From assembly GCA_963804525.1 (NCBI GenBank), contig CAWDQO010000005.1:738844-802843 (forward strand): a stretch of DNA of 64,000 nt, written 5' to 3'. The position numbers were made by a program, and so were the translations under genes. Positions 6,508 to 15,749 of the stretch are shown one piece after another (position 1 is the stretch's first letter; each line of letters begins with the position of its first letter). Source of the DNA: an uncultured Thermoplasmata archaeon (lineage in GTDB: Archaea; Thermoplasmatota; Thermoplasmata; Lutacidiplasmatales; UBA184). The notes under the pieces are model-generated. The model had not been told where the DNA came from, searched no databases, and was given only the letters and a program-made list of their open reading frames with translations.

Positions 6508-9045
6508 GTGCCGAGTACGCCGGCGGGGGAGCTTCCGCCGGCGCCCCCGGAACAACGGCTCTCGACGGGCAACCGGAAGGTCGACGCGATCCTGATGGGG
6601 GGGCTCCTCCCCCACCGGCCCTACCTCATCGTCGGGCCGTCGGGGACCGGGAAGACCAAGCTCGCGCTCCAGTTCCTCTGCGAGGGGGTGCGGCGCGGGG
6701 AGAACTGCCTCCTCGTCACGCTCGAGGAGCCCCCGAACGAGATCCGGCAGAACCACCGGGGCCTCGCCCCGGACCTCGACCAGGTCTGGGTGTTCGACGC
6801 GATCCCCGACGTGATGCGGTACGAGCGGGCCCCGTTCAAGGACATCGCCGCGGTCCGCCACTCGGTCCGGTTCGCCGACGTTCCCCCGGCGATCCGCAAG
6901 ACCCCCGAGCTCTCGAGCGTCGAAGTGACGTTCACCGCGCTCGAGCAGACGCTGAAGATGGAGGTCGTGCGGCGGCAGTATTCGCGGCTCGTCGTCGACA
7001 GCCTGACCGCGCTGCAGTACTTTTGCATGAAGGGGGTCGACGAGACCCTCGGGGCCCAGACGTTCCTCCGGTTCCTCTCCGACCTCCGGCTCACTACCGT
7101 GCTCAACGTCGAGGCCGCCGTCGAGGATGTCGAGACCCCGGAGCGGCTCCTCGCCCGGGGCGAGATCCGGTTGTTCCGGTGGGAGCTCGACGGCCAGACC
7201 GTCCGGGCCGTCGGGGTCGAAAAGTACCGGGGAAGTTCGCACGACATCCGGCTCCACCCGTACCGGATCACCTCGGCCGGTCTCGACGTCAACCTCGATG
7301 TGACGATCAGCCGCGACACCCGACGGATCGTCGAACCGGAACTGCCCACGGTCGTGGCGCCGGCGGCGGCGCCGGTCCCGGCCGACCCGTTCGAGGTCCT
7401 GGAATCCGACCTGCGCGACCTGACCGCGGTCGGACTCGACACCTCCTCCCCCCGTGCGGAGGTCGAAGCCGCGGCGCGCGCCCGGACCGCCGGCGCGGGA
7501 GAGGAGTTCGCGCGGCGACTCGGTCTCGCGAAGGGGGCGGTCACCGAGGTCGCGCAGCACCTCGACCCGAAGCTCCTGCAGAGCGGCGACCTCAACGTCC
7601 GCCGCTCCGCGCTTCGGGTTCAACGGCTCGGTTCGTTCGGCGCCGACCTCCGGACCGGGACCCCGCCCCGCGGTTCGATCCTGGCGTCGCCACCGGACGT
7701 TCCTTCGCGGCCTTCGCCACTCGCGGAGAGCGCCCCGCCGGAACCCATGATGGCGCGACCCCCTCCGGCGGTTCCGGCCCCCGCGGAGCCCCCGACCGCC
7801 GCCGTTCCCCCTCCGACTTCCGCCCCGGCGCCCCCGCCGGTCCCATCCATTCCCTCGCCTTCCCCACCGGCGCCGGAGCCACGCGCCGAACCCCCGCCTC
7901 CGCCCGCCCCGACGGAAAGCCAGGCTCGGACCGAAAATCTGGTGGCCCCGACTCCCGCTCCCTTGGCGCCGCTCGCGCCAACGACACTCCCTACCGCGGC
8001 CCGACCTCCGCCGACGCCCCCCGGCCCGCCGCCTCGGGCGACCGCCGAACCAATCCGGATCCCCAAGCGAGCGGTGCCCCCGCCGCCTCCTCCACCCCCT
8101 CCGCCCCCGCCTCCGCCGCCTACTCCGGCACCTGCCGCAACGTCCTGGCCCGCGCCGGCCCCCAGCGCTCCTCGGCCCGCCGTGCCGGCTCCCGCACGGG
8201 GTCAGCTCCCCCCGCCGCCCCCGCCCCCTCCCCCGCCGCCGGGAGAGGGTGCCTCCTCCGCGACCGGAATGGAATCCGGTCCCCGGGCCGCTCGACGCCC
8301 TCCCCCTCTTCCGACCAAGCGGAGCGTTCCCGAGCCACCAATCGCGCTGGCCCCACCGCCACCGCCGCCCCCGCCTCCGGGGGAATCCCAGCCCACGACC
8401 GTCGCACTCCCTCCGGAACCGTCGTCGGGAGCCCACGAGCCCCCCGCCGACACGGTGGGAGTTCCTCCAACCCCGGCACCCGAGGTCGTTCCCCCTCCGT
8501 TGGCGCCGGCATCCGTACCGGCACGCGTCGAGCCGGTTCCACTTACTGCCAACGAGCCTCGGGTGACGGAGGCACCGACGAACCCACCCCCGCCCGCATC
8601 GACTTCGGGACTTCCCGAATCCCCGCCGGGAAAGCCCGAGACGGGTGACTCCGCGACGGTTCCGGTAAAGCCGAAGCGGAAGCGCGCGCCGGCGAAGAAG
8701 CGCGTCCCCCCAGCGGACGATCCCCCTGCCAGTCCGACCCTCCGGACCGATGAGATCGCCGAGACACGCCCCCCGGCGGCGCCACCGAGCCCGTCGGCAC
8801 CCCACCGGACTCCAGCTCCGCCCGTCGCTCCCGAGCCGGAGACGACCGCGACCGAGCCCACGGGCTCGGAACGACCTGCGACCACCGAGGGCCCCCCCAC
8901 CCCCCCGCTCCGGCCCAAGCGGAAGGCCCCGCGGCGCCGCAAGGCGTCGCCGGTGACCGGGGCCGAGCCCGCGGGAGGGACTCCCGCCGGCGCGCCGTCC
9001 GAGGCTCCGCCCCCTTCGTCGTCCCCGCCGCCGTCGGAGGACTGA
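6508..9045 (+). CDS. KaiC/RecA-superfamily ATPase (single KaiC-like domain) with very long Pro-rich C-terminal region
   Basis: Frame of ORF 6322..9045(+). RLSTGNRKVDAILMGGLLPHRPYLIVGPSGTGKTKLALQFLCEGVRRGENCLLVTLEEPPNEI contains Walker A, and LVVDSLTAL is the Walker B region. The likely start is GTG at 6508, downstream of AT-rich GGGATTATCT (about 6440). Confidence 0.85.
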   Translation: MPSTPAGELPPAPPEQRLSTGNRKVDAILMGGLLPHRPYLIVGPSGTGKTKLALQFLCEGVRRGENCLLVTLEEPPNEIRQNHRGLAPDLDQVWVFDAIPDVMRYERAPFKDIAAVRHSVRFADVPPAIRKTPELSSVEVTFTALEQTLKMEVVRRQYSRLVVDSLTALQYFCMKGVDETLGAQTFLRFLSDLRLTTVLNVEAAVEDVETPERLLARGEIRLFRWELDGQTVRAVGVEKYRGSSHDIRLHPYRITSAGLDVNLDVTISRDTRRIVEPELPTVVAPAAAPVPADPFEVLESDLRDLTAVGLDTSSPRAEVEAAARARTAGAGEEFARRLGLAKGAVTEVAQHLDPKLLQSGDLNVRRSALRVQRLGSFGADLRTGTPPRGSILASPPDVPSRPSPLAESAPPEPMMARPPPAVPAPAEPPTAAVPPPTSAPAPPPVPSIPSPSPPAPEPRAEPPPPPAPTESQARTENLVAPTPAPLAPLAPTTLPTAARPPPTPPGPPPRATAEPIRIPKRAVPPPPPPPPPPPPPPPTPAPAATSWPAPAPSAPRPAVPAPARGQLPPPPPPPPPPPGEGASSATGMESGPRAARRPPPLPTKRSVPEPPIALAPPPPPPPPPGESQPTTVALPPEPSSGAHEPPADTVGVPPTPAPEVVPPPLAPASVPARVEPVPLTANEPRVTEAPTNPPPPASTSGLPESPPGKPETGDSATVPVKPKRKRAPAKKRVPPADDPPASPTLRTDEIAETRPPAAPPSPSAPHRTPAPPVAPEPETTATEPTGSERPATTEGPPTPPLRPKRKAPRRRKASPVTGAEPAGGTPAGAPSEAPPPSSSPPPSED
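7655..9042 (+). other. Pro/Ala-rich low-complexity coding region of the KaiC-like protein
   Basis: About 460 codons dominated by P, A, S and T. There is a run of 15 consecutive Pro codons at 8077-8121 using mixed codons (ccc/ccg/cct/cca), plus further P9-P10 runs. It is continuous in frame with the ATPase domain. Confidence 0.8.
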
Positions 9046-9051
9046 CGTCCC

Positions 9052-9822
9052 ATGGTCGCCGAAGGTCGAGTGTCGACCGGCGTTCCCGGCCTCGACCGGA
9101 TGCTCGGAGGCGGGCTGATGGCTGGCCGGCCCTACCTCGTGACCGGCGGGACGGGGAGCGGCAAGTCGCTCCTGGGCCTCTCGTTCCTCCTCGAGGGACT
9201 CCGATTGGGGGAGGAGGTCCTCCTCGTGGCGGTCGATGAGCCGCCCAACGAGATCGTCGAGAACGTCCGGGCGTTCGGGTGGGACCTCTCGGCGGTCCGG
9301 ACCCTCGACGCGAACCCGGGGACGCGGGCGATCAAGCGGATGGCCGACGTCCAGGAGATCCGGGCGCTGGCGGACCTGAAGTCGATGCGGGACCTTTCCT
9401 CCGAGCAGCGGAAGGCCGGTGACGCCGACGACATCTCGATCCAGTCGATCCACCTCAAGCTCCGCCAGCAGATGGGCGGGGGCCGGTTCACGCGGGTCGT
9501 CGTCGATTCGCTGACCTCGATCCGTCGGTTCGGAATGAAGACGATGACCCCGGGCGACATGCAACCGGAGCGGACGGAGGTCCAGTCGCTCCTCCGGTTC
9601 CTCAGCGAGATGGAGGTGACGACCCTCCTCACCGCGACCCCGGGAAATCCGATGGTCCTCTCGCCGGAGGAGATCCTGACCCGCGGGGAGATCCTTCTCA
9701 CCCGGAAGTGGGTCGGCGACCGCTCGATCCGCCAGATCAAGATCGTCCGCATGCGCGGGTCGGCCCACGACCCCGAGCGGCGTCCGTTCGCGATCACCAC
9801 GCAGGGATTCGTCGTCGGGTAG
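9052..9822 (+). CDS. KaiC/RecA-superfamily ATPase (single KaiC-like domain)
   Basis: ORF 9052..9822(+). RVSTGVPGLDRMLGGGLMAGRPYLVTGGTGSGKSLLGLSFLLEGLRLGEEVLLVAVDEPPNEI; VVVDSLTSI; KIVRMRGSAHD. It starts 6 nt after the preceding stop. Confidence 0.85.
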   Translation: MVAEGRVSTGVPGLDRMLGGGLMAGRPYLVTGGTGSGKSLLGLSFLLEGLRLGEEVLLVAVDEPPNEIVENVRAFGWDLSAVRTLDANPGTRAIKRMADVQEIRALADLKSMRDLSSEQRKAGDADDISIQSIHLKLRQQMGGGRFTRVVVDSLTSIRRFGMKTMTPGDMQPERTEVQSLLRFLSEMEVTTLLTATPGNPMVLSPEEILTRGEILLTRKWVGDRSIRQIKIVRMRGSAHDPERRPFAITTQGFVVG

Positions 9823-9950
9823 ACCCGCGGCCAACGGCTGTCCGCGGGCCCAGCCCGGGTTTGTTTGGCTCCGACCCGACGACGGCGCCGCCGGCGCCGC
9901 TCGGCATATCTATCTACATAGACCAAATGCCGATTTCCGAGGGCGTCCGG

Positions 9951-10517
9951 ATGAGACCAGTTATCGTGGTAGTGGGGATCGTGCTGCTGATCGTAGGCGC
10001 CGTCTTGCTGTTCGAGCCCGTCGTGCCGCAGGCGAACCAGACGATCACCTCCCAGTCGAGCCCCCCGATCGACATCGAGAGCGTCAGCGGATACTCCGTG
10101 ACCGGCGCGATCGCCGTCCATATCGCCTGGACCTCGGTCGAACCCGTCACCGTCGTCGCCGCCACCTGTTCCGCGAACTGCAACACGACCTCGACCGCGT
10201 CGGGCGTCACCCTGCAGTCGGGGACGAGCGGCTCGTTCACCCTCAACCAGCCGAACGGCGGGGAGATCGCCTTCGGGGCGCTCAACCTGACCAGCGGAAA
10301 GGGCGGGAACGCGACGTTCACGATCTCGACGGCGCTCGCCACCGTCGGAACCCTCCTCGTCGTCGTCGGGATCCTGCTCGTGATCGCGGGCATCATCCTG
10401 AAGTCCGACCAGGCGAGGGCCAAGGCGGCCGCCGCGACGCAGGCGGCTCCGACCCCCGCGACCCCGACCTCGGGTGACTCGGGAGCGGCAATGCCCCCGA
10501 CCCCGCCGTCGTCCTGA
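9951..10517 (+). CDS. Hypothetical membrane protein (N- and C-terminal TM helices, sequon-rich ectodomain)
   Basis: Frame of ORF 9708..10517(+). MRPVIVVVGIVLLIVGAVLLF...NQT, NCNTT, NLT, NAT...TVGTLLVVVGILLVIAGIIL. AT-rich ATATCTATCTACATA lies at 9906-9920. An alternative ATG is at 9927. Confidence 0.7.
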   Translation: MRPVIVVVGIVLLIVGAVLLFEPVVPQANQTITSQSSPPIDIESVSGYSVTGAIAVHIAWTSVEPVTVVAATCSANCNTTSTASGVTLQSGTSGSFTLNQPNGGEIAFGALNLTSGKGGNATFTISTALATVGTLLVVVGILLVIAGIILKSDQARAKAAAATQAAPTPATPTSGDSGAAMPPTPPSS

Positions 10518-10568
10518 GCCGGGCCGCTCGTCCTGCGGGTGGGTCGGCCGACCCACCCGCTCCCTCCG

Positions 10569-11596
10569 TCAGTTCCGCCCGCGCACCTGTTCGTAGAGCG
10601 ACAGGTGCTGCCGGACCACGGCGCTCCACGCGTACTTCGTCTCGGCGGCCGCCCGGGCCGCAGCGGACATCCGAGTCCGGAGCTCCGCATCCGTGAGGGT
10701 TCGAAGCCGGTCGGTGAGGAACGAGGTAATCTCCGGCGGGGGCGCCCCCGACGGCGCGGTCCAGCCCGTGAGCCCCGGTTCGACGAGGCCGGAGACCGGA
10801 TCGGCGCCGAGGACCGGCAAACCCGCGGCCAGCCCCTGGAGCACCGCACCGGCCAGGATCTCCACCCGGCTCGGATGCAGGAGAACGTCGGCCCGCGCGT
10901 ACTCGCGGCGGAGGTCCGTGTCGGTCAGCTCTCCGAGGAGCTCGACCTGGGGACCGAGCGACCGGAGCGACGCGGCGTACCCGGGTCCGGGGTCGGACCA
11001 ACGAGCCGGAAGGACCATCCTGCGGACCGGGCCGCCTGGGCCGCGAGCTCCCACCGCTTCATCGGGACGACCACGCCGACGCCGAGCGCGACGCGCCCGG
11101 TCCGCGCCGATGGGTCGGGGCGGAATCGGTCGGTGTCGACGCCGATCGGAATGACCGTGAGCCGGTCGCCTGCCGAAGGCACGCTCCCTGCGATTTCCGC
11201 GCGCAGCCGCGCGGTCAGGGCGACCGTCGCCCGGGCCCGGGCGACCGCCCGGCGTTCGAGCCAGTAGCCGAACCGCTGGCGCCCCCCGCTCCGCTCGAAC
11301 CAGTGACGCGAGTGGGACGTGTAGACGAACGGGATCCGGGCGAGGGCGAGCCGGTTGGCGACGACCGGCGTACTCGCGTGGACCACGTCCGGTCGGGATG
11401 CCCGGACGAGGGCGGGGACGGAGAGCGAGAACAGGTACTCGTCGACCGAGCGTCCGTGGCGGACCCGGTTCAGAACGACCGGCTCGTGCCCGGCCGCCCG
11501 GAGCGCGCCCGCGAACTCCGCGATCGTCCGCTCGACTCCGCCGTACCCGACCGGCGGGATCGCCTGGACTCCGGTGCCGACGAGGGCCACCCGCAC
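10569..11596 (-). CDS. Glycosyltransferase family 4 (GT-B), frame-interrupted near 10980
   Basis: The N-terminal half is ORF 10925..11596(-) (MRVALVGTGVQAIPPVGYGGVERTIAEFAGAL...). The C-terminal half is the tail of ORF 10569..11645(-) (YAASLRSLGPQVELLGELTDTDLRREYARADVLLHPSRVEILAGAVLQGLAAGLPVLG). The two join at the G/C runs GTACCCGGGTCCGGGG. Confidence 0.8.
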
Positions 11597-11669
11597 GTCG
11601 AGGGGAAGGCGGGTCGGGGATAAACTTGAACTCGGGAAGCGTCAACTAGGGTCCGGGCCGTCCGCGCCC

Positions 11670-12155
11670 ATGGCCCGCTGGCTCGTGAAGGAGGAGCCGA
11701 CCCACTACGCGTACGCCGACCTCGCCCGCGACGGGAAGGCCGAGTGGAACGGCGTCCACAATGCGCTCGCCCTCCGGCATCTGAAGGCGATGCGTCCGGG
11801 GGACGAGGTCCTCTACTATCACTCCGGGGACGTACGGGCCGTCGTCGGGATCGCGAAGGTGGGCGGAACCCCGCGCCCCGACCCCGACGACGACCGCGGG
11901 TCGTGGACCGTGGTCATCCGTCCGGTACGGCCGCTCCGGAGTCCGGTGACGCTGGCGACGTTGAAGGGCGACCCGACGCTTTCGGAGTTCGACCTGGTCC
12001 GGATCGGGCGGCTTTCGGTGATGCCGGTGGGGGATGGACAGTGGACCCGGATCCTCTCGTACGAACAGTCGCCGGGAGCGGCGCCTCAGAGCAAGGCGGC
12101 CGCGCGGCGTCCGAGCCGGCGTTCCGCCACCGCGCGGAAGCGCGGGTCGACGTAG
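11670..12155 (+). CDS. EVE (PUA-like) domain protein
   Basis: Frame of ORF 11355..12155(+), from ATG 11670. MARWLVKEEPTHYAYADLARDGKAEWNGVHNALALRHLKAMRPGDEVLYYHSGDVRAVVGIAKV...RLSVMPV matches the EVE/DUF55 pattern. Confidence 0.8.
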   Translation: MARWLVKEEPTHYAYADLARDGKAEWNGVHNALALRHLKAMRPGDEVLYYHSGDVRAVVGIAKVGGTPRPDPDDDRGSWTVVIRPVRPLRSPVTLATLKGDPTLSEFDLVRIGRLSVMPVGDGQWTRILSYEQSPGAAPQSKAAARRPSRRSATARKRGST

Positions 12156-13351
12156 AGCGACGCGGACCAGACGCTCGGCGGACGGATCGCGAGCGACCTC
12201 CACACGCTCGGCGGGCGGAACGGGTGGACCACCCGCCCGTCCTCGGACACGCCGACCTCGGCCCAGTCGGCGCCGCGCGGTTCGCGGGCATCCAGCCCCG
12301 CGAGGTCGAACAACACCGCCCCGGACGGGGCCCCGATCCGGTCGGCGAGCGCGTCCTCCCGGGCTCGCCGTTCGACCGGGCGGCGGACGAGCTTGCGGAG
12401 CCCGTCCCGCTCGGCCGGGGTGAGGCGTTTCCAGCCGACGACCCGCTTGTGGAGCCGGCGCTCTCGCAACCCGACTCCCAGCGCGGCCGACCGGCCCCCG
12501 GCGACCTGGAGCGCGACGAGGAGGTCCCCGTCCGTCCCCTCGAGAAGCGGGCGGGCGGTGCCGGGGTATCCCGGGAGTCGCTCGACGGCACCCTGCGCCA
12601 TGACCTCGGCGGCGCGGACGGTCTTGTGGTAGTAGACGGAGGAGTACATCAGCGCCCGACCGACGAGGAACCCCTCGACGGCCTGGCGGCCCTTCTCCGC
12701 GAAAACGAGCCGTGACCTCGTGGCCCGGACCGTGTCGAGGAGCCGGGCGGCGTCGATCGTGCCGTGGGCCACCCCGGTGTAGTACGCATCGCGCTGGAGG
12801 TAGTCGATCCGGTCGGCGTCGATGGCGCCGTGAAGGATCGCGCGGAGGAGGGGAGGCGGCGACCGTCCCGTCGGGTCCACAAGGTCCCCGACCGACCGGG
12901 GGACGATGCCGTGCTTCTCGAGCAGCTCGGCGACCGACGGACCGGTCCCCGCCCCGAGGAGGGAGTCGGGGTCGCCGGAGATGACGGCGCGGCTCCGCGC
13001 CTCGTGGCCCGCCCCCGTCACCTCGCGGAGGGTCGGCTCCAGGGTGTGCGAGAGCGGCGTGTGACCGAGGTCGTGCAAGAGTCCTCCCGCGGCGACGCGG
13101 GCCGACGACTCGGCGTCGAGCCCGAGTCGCTCGGCCATCGTGCGGACGACGGCGTAGACCCCGAGGGAGTGCTCGAGCCGCGTGTGGTTCGCCCCGGGGA
13201 ACACGAGGTGGGCGAGCCCGGTCTGCCGGATCCCCCAGAGCCGCTGGAACGCGCGGTGGCCGACGAGGTCGAGCGAGGCCCCCTCGAGGGCGATGACACC
13301 GTGGACCGGGTCGAAGATCGTCTTGCGGGGTCCCCGCCGCGCGGTCCGCAT
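12086..13351 (-). CDS. HD-domain phosphohydrolase (COG1078/SAMHD1-like)
   Basis: C-terminal 421 codons of ORF 12086..16144(-), from ATG 13351. IFDPVHGVIAL...HTRLEHSLGVY...LLHDLGHTPLSH...DADRIDYLQRDAYYTGV. The rest of that ORF is antisense to the TPR gene. Confidence 0.85.
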   Translation of the reverse strand: MRTARRGPRKTIFDPVHGVIALEGASLDLVGHRAFQRLWGIRQTGLAHLVFPGANHTRLEHSLGVYAVVRTMAERLGLDAESSARVAAGGLLHDLGHTPLSHTLEPTLREVTGAGHEARSRAVISGDPDSLLGAGTGPSVAELLEKHGIVPRSVGDLVDPTGRSPPPLLRAILHGAIDADRIDYLQRDAYYTGVAHGTIDAARLLDTVRATRSRLVFAEKGRQAVEGFLVGRALMYSSVYYHKTVRAAEVMAQGAVERLPGYPGTARPLLEGTDGDLLVALQVAGGRSAALGVGLRERRLHKRVVGWKRLTPAERDGLRKLVRRPVERRAREDALADRIGAPSGAVLFDLAGLDAREPRGADWAEVGVSEDGRVVHPFRPPSVWRSLAIRPPSVWSASLYVDPRFRAVAERRLGRRAAALL

Positions 13352-13421
13352 CGTCGACCGGGGAGTCGCGTCCCTCGATAAAGCGCGGCCCCTCGCGCGG
13401 ACGGTTCCCCGCGCGCCGAAC

Positions 13422-13430
13422 CTATTTATC
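13422..13430 (+). promoter_or_regulatory. TATA-like box for the TPR gene
   Basis: CTATTTATC, centred about 31 nt upstream of ATG 13457. Confidence 0.45.
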
Positions 13431-13456
13431 GGCGGTACCGGGTGCCCGGTCGACGA

Positions 13457-15748
13457 ATGCCGGCCGCAGCCGACCCGGCGCGCCGGGAACCGCCGACCCC
13501 GAACATCGAGGAGGCCCGACGGCTCTTCGCCGCGTCGGAGGAATCCGAGAGCCGCCCGGACCGCGGGCGCCAGTCCGACCGGCTGAAGGCGTTCCTCGCC
13601 TACGTGGAGGGCCACAAGGACCCGCTCATCCCCGACGGACCGGAGGTCGCCAAACGGCTCGACGAGGCGAGCGTGGTATTCTACCGGTCGAACCAGCCCG
13701 AGCTCGCGCTCCGTGCCGTCGATGTCGGGCTCAGCTTCGCCCCGGGCAGCTCCGCCCTCCTCCACCACAAGGCGCTCGTCCTCCTCGCGCAGAACCGGAA
13801 CGTGGACAACGTGGTTCCACTCCTGGATAAGGCGCTCGAGGCGAACCCGCACGACAAGGCGATCTGGGCCACGAAGGGCGACGCCCTGAAGCTGCAGGGC
13901 CGGGGGAACGACGCTGCCGAGGCGTACCTCCGGGCCCAGCAGCTCGACGTCGCCTCGATGCAGTACGTCGAGAAGGCGCTCAAGGCGGCGCCGAACCACG
14001 CGGGGGCCCTGAAGGCAAAGCTCCAGCTCGCCCGCTCCCAGGGAGGGGACCGGCCGGCGCTCGAAGCCGCCGAGGCGCTCCTCGCCGACAATCCCGACGA
14101 CCCGGAGCTGCAGCTGGCCCACGCCGAGCTCCTCGCGGCCGTCGGCGAGCTCGACCGGGCGCTGGCCGCGGTGACTCCGCTCCGGCGCGAGCGCCCCGAC
14201 GATGCCCGGCTGCTCCTCCTCGCCGGACGGCTCGACCTCGCCCTCGGCAAGACGGCGGAGGGGATTGCGGCGTTCCGGTCGGCGGTGGAGGGGTCGTCGT
14301 CCCTCGAGCCGGTCCAGCTCGCGGAGATCGCCGAGCGGCTCGAGGCCGCCGGCGCCGACCTCGCGCTCGCCGTCGAGGTCCGGGGAAAGCTGCGGGACGC
14401 CGAGCCCCAGAACCTCGCGAACCTCCAGGCGCTCCAGGAGCTCGCCCGTCGGACCGACGACCCGGCGCTCGGGATCGCCACGTGCACCCGGCTCCTCGAA
14501 GGGTCCCCGGACAACCTCGATGCGCTCCGCTCCCTCGCCGAGTTTCAGCTCGCCGCCGGCACCCTCGACGCCGCGTTCGCCACGTACGCCCGGATCCAGG
14601 CGGCGCACCCGAACGCGACCGCCGAGCTCCGGAAGGCGGTGGAGGCGGCGCGGGCGAACAGCCGGTCGGACCTGGTGGTCGCGTTCGCCCGGGCGCTCGT
14701 CGAGGAAGAGCCGACCGACCTCTCGGCGAAGGCCGAGCTCGCCAAGGCGCTCGACGGGGCCGGGGACCGGGAGGGGGCGCTCGCCCTCTACGGCGACCTC
14801 CTGACGCACCAGCCCGATTCCCTCGAGTGGGTCCGGGAGCGGACCCGGCTCCTCCGCGACCTCGGTCGCCTCGATGAGCTCCCCGCGGCGTACGATGCCT
14901 TGTTCCGGCTCGACCCCACACGGGCCGACGTCGCGTTGGAGCGGGGCAACCTCATGCTCGACCTTGCCCTCGCCCGCGGCGACGGGTCTCCCGAACGGGC
15001 CGAGTCGGCCCGCGCGGCGCTCGTCTCGTACGAGCGCGCCTCGCTCGACCCGACGCTCGCCGAGCCAAGCCTCCTCGGCCTCGCCCGGGCGTCCCGGCTG
15101 GTCGGGGACCACGACCAGGCGATCCGCGCGTACCGACAGTTCCTCCAGCTCGGGGCGAACTCCCAGCGGGCCGACGTGAAGAAGGAGCTCGGGCACGCGC
15201 TCCGGGAGACCGGGCAGCTCGCCAGCGCCGAGACGTCGTACGAGGAGGCGCTCGCGCTTGGCCTCGAAGACCCCGACCTCCTCTGGGGCGCCGTCGAGGT
15301 GCTCAGCCAGCAGAACGAGGAAGCGAAGGCGCTCCGGTTCCTCGAGGTCCTCCTGGGGCGCGAGCCGAACAATCCGATGTACCTCCGTCGGCGCGGCCAG
15401 CTCCTCCTGAAGTCCGGCCACCGGACCGAAGGGCTCCAGGCGCTGCACGCGGCGGTGGACGCCGCGGGCGCCGACCCGCACGTCCGGTTCGAGGTCGCGG
15501 AGGCGCTCCGCGCCCAGGGGGCGTACGCGGACGCGGTCCTCCAGTACCGACAGGCGCTCCAGCTCGACCCGAAGAGCCGGCCCGGCCGGCTCGCCCTCGC
15601 CGAAACGCTCGTCGTCGCCGGCCGGTACAACGAGGCGATCCCGATGGTCGACGAGCTCCTCACCGACGACCCGAACGACCTCGGCGCCTGGAAGTCCCGC
15701 GCCGACGCGTACCGGGCGCTCGGCCGGACCGCCGACCTGCAGGACCTC
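13457..15748 (+). CDS. TPR-repeat protein, N-terminal segment (frame breaks at ~15745)
   Basis: Frame of ORF 13442..16072(+). Dozens of TPR-like units (for example AIWATKGDALKLQGRGNDAAEAYLRAQQLD and AWKSRADAYRALGRTADL). After about 15750 this frame turns into R/P/G-rich junk. Confidence 0.8.
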
Positions 15749-15749
15749 G

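Noticed and set aside
8202-9053. Minus-strand ORF with poly-Gly runs
   Set aside because: It is the complement of the poly-Pro tract of the KaiC-like gene. The plus frame is continuous with a bona fide ATPase domain, so the Pro reading is preferred.
6454-9834. 1,126-aa ORF on the minus strand across both KaiC-like genes
   Set aside because: It is antisense to two genes with clear family motifs. Its translation is an Arg/Gly/Pro-rich low-complexity string with no domain-like segments. This is the typical stop-free shadow ORF of GC-rich DNA.
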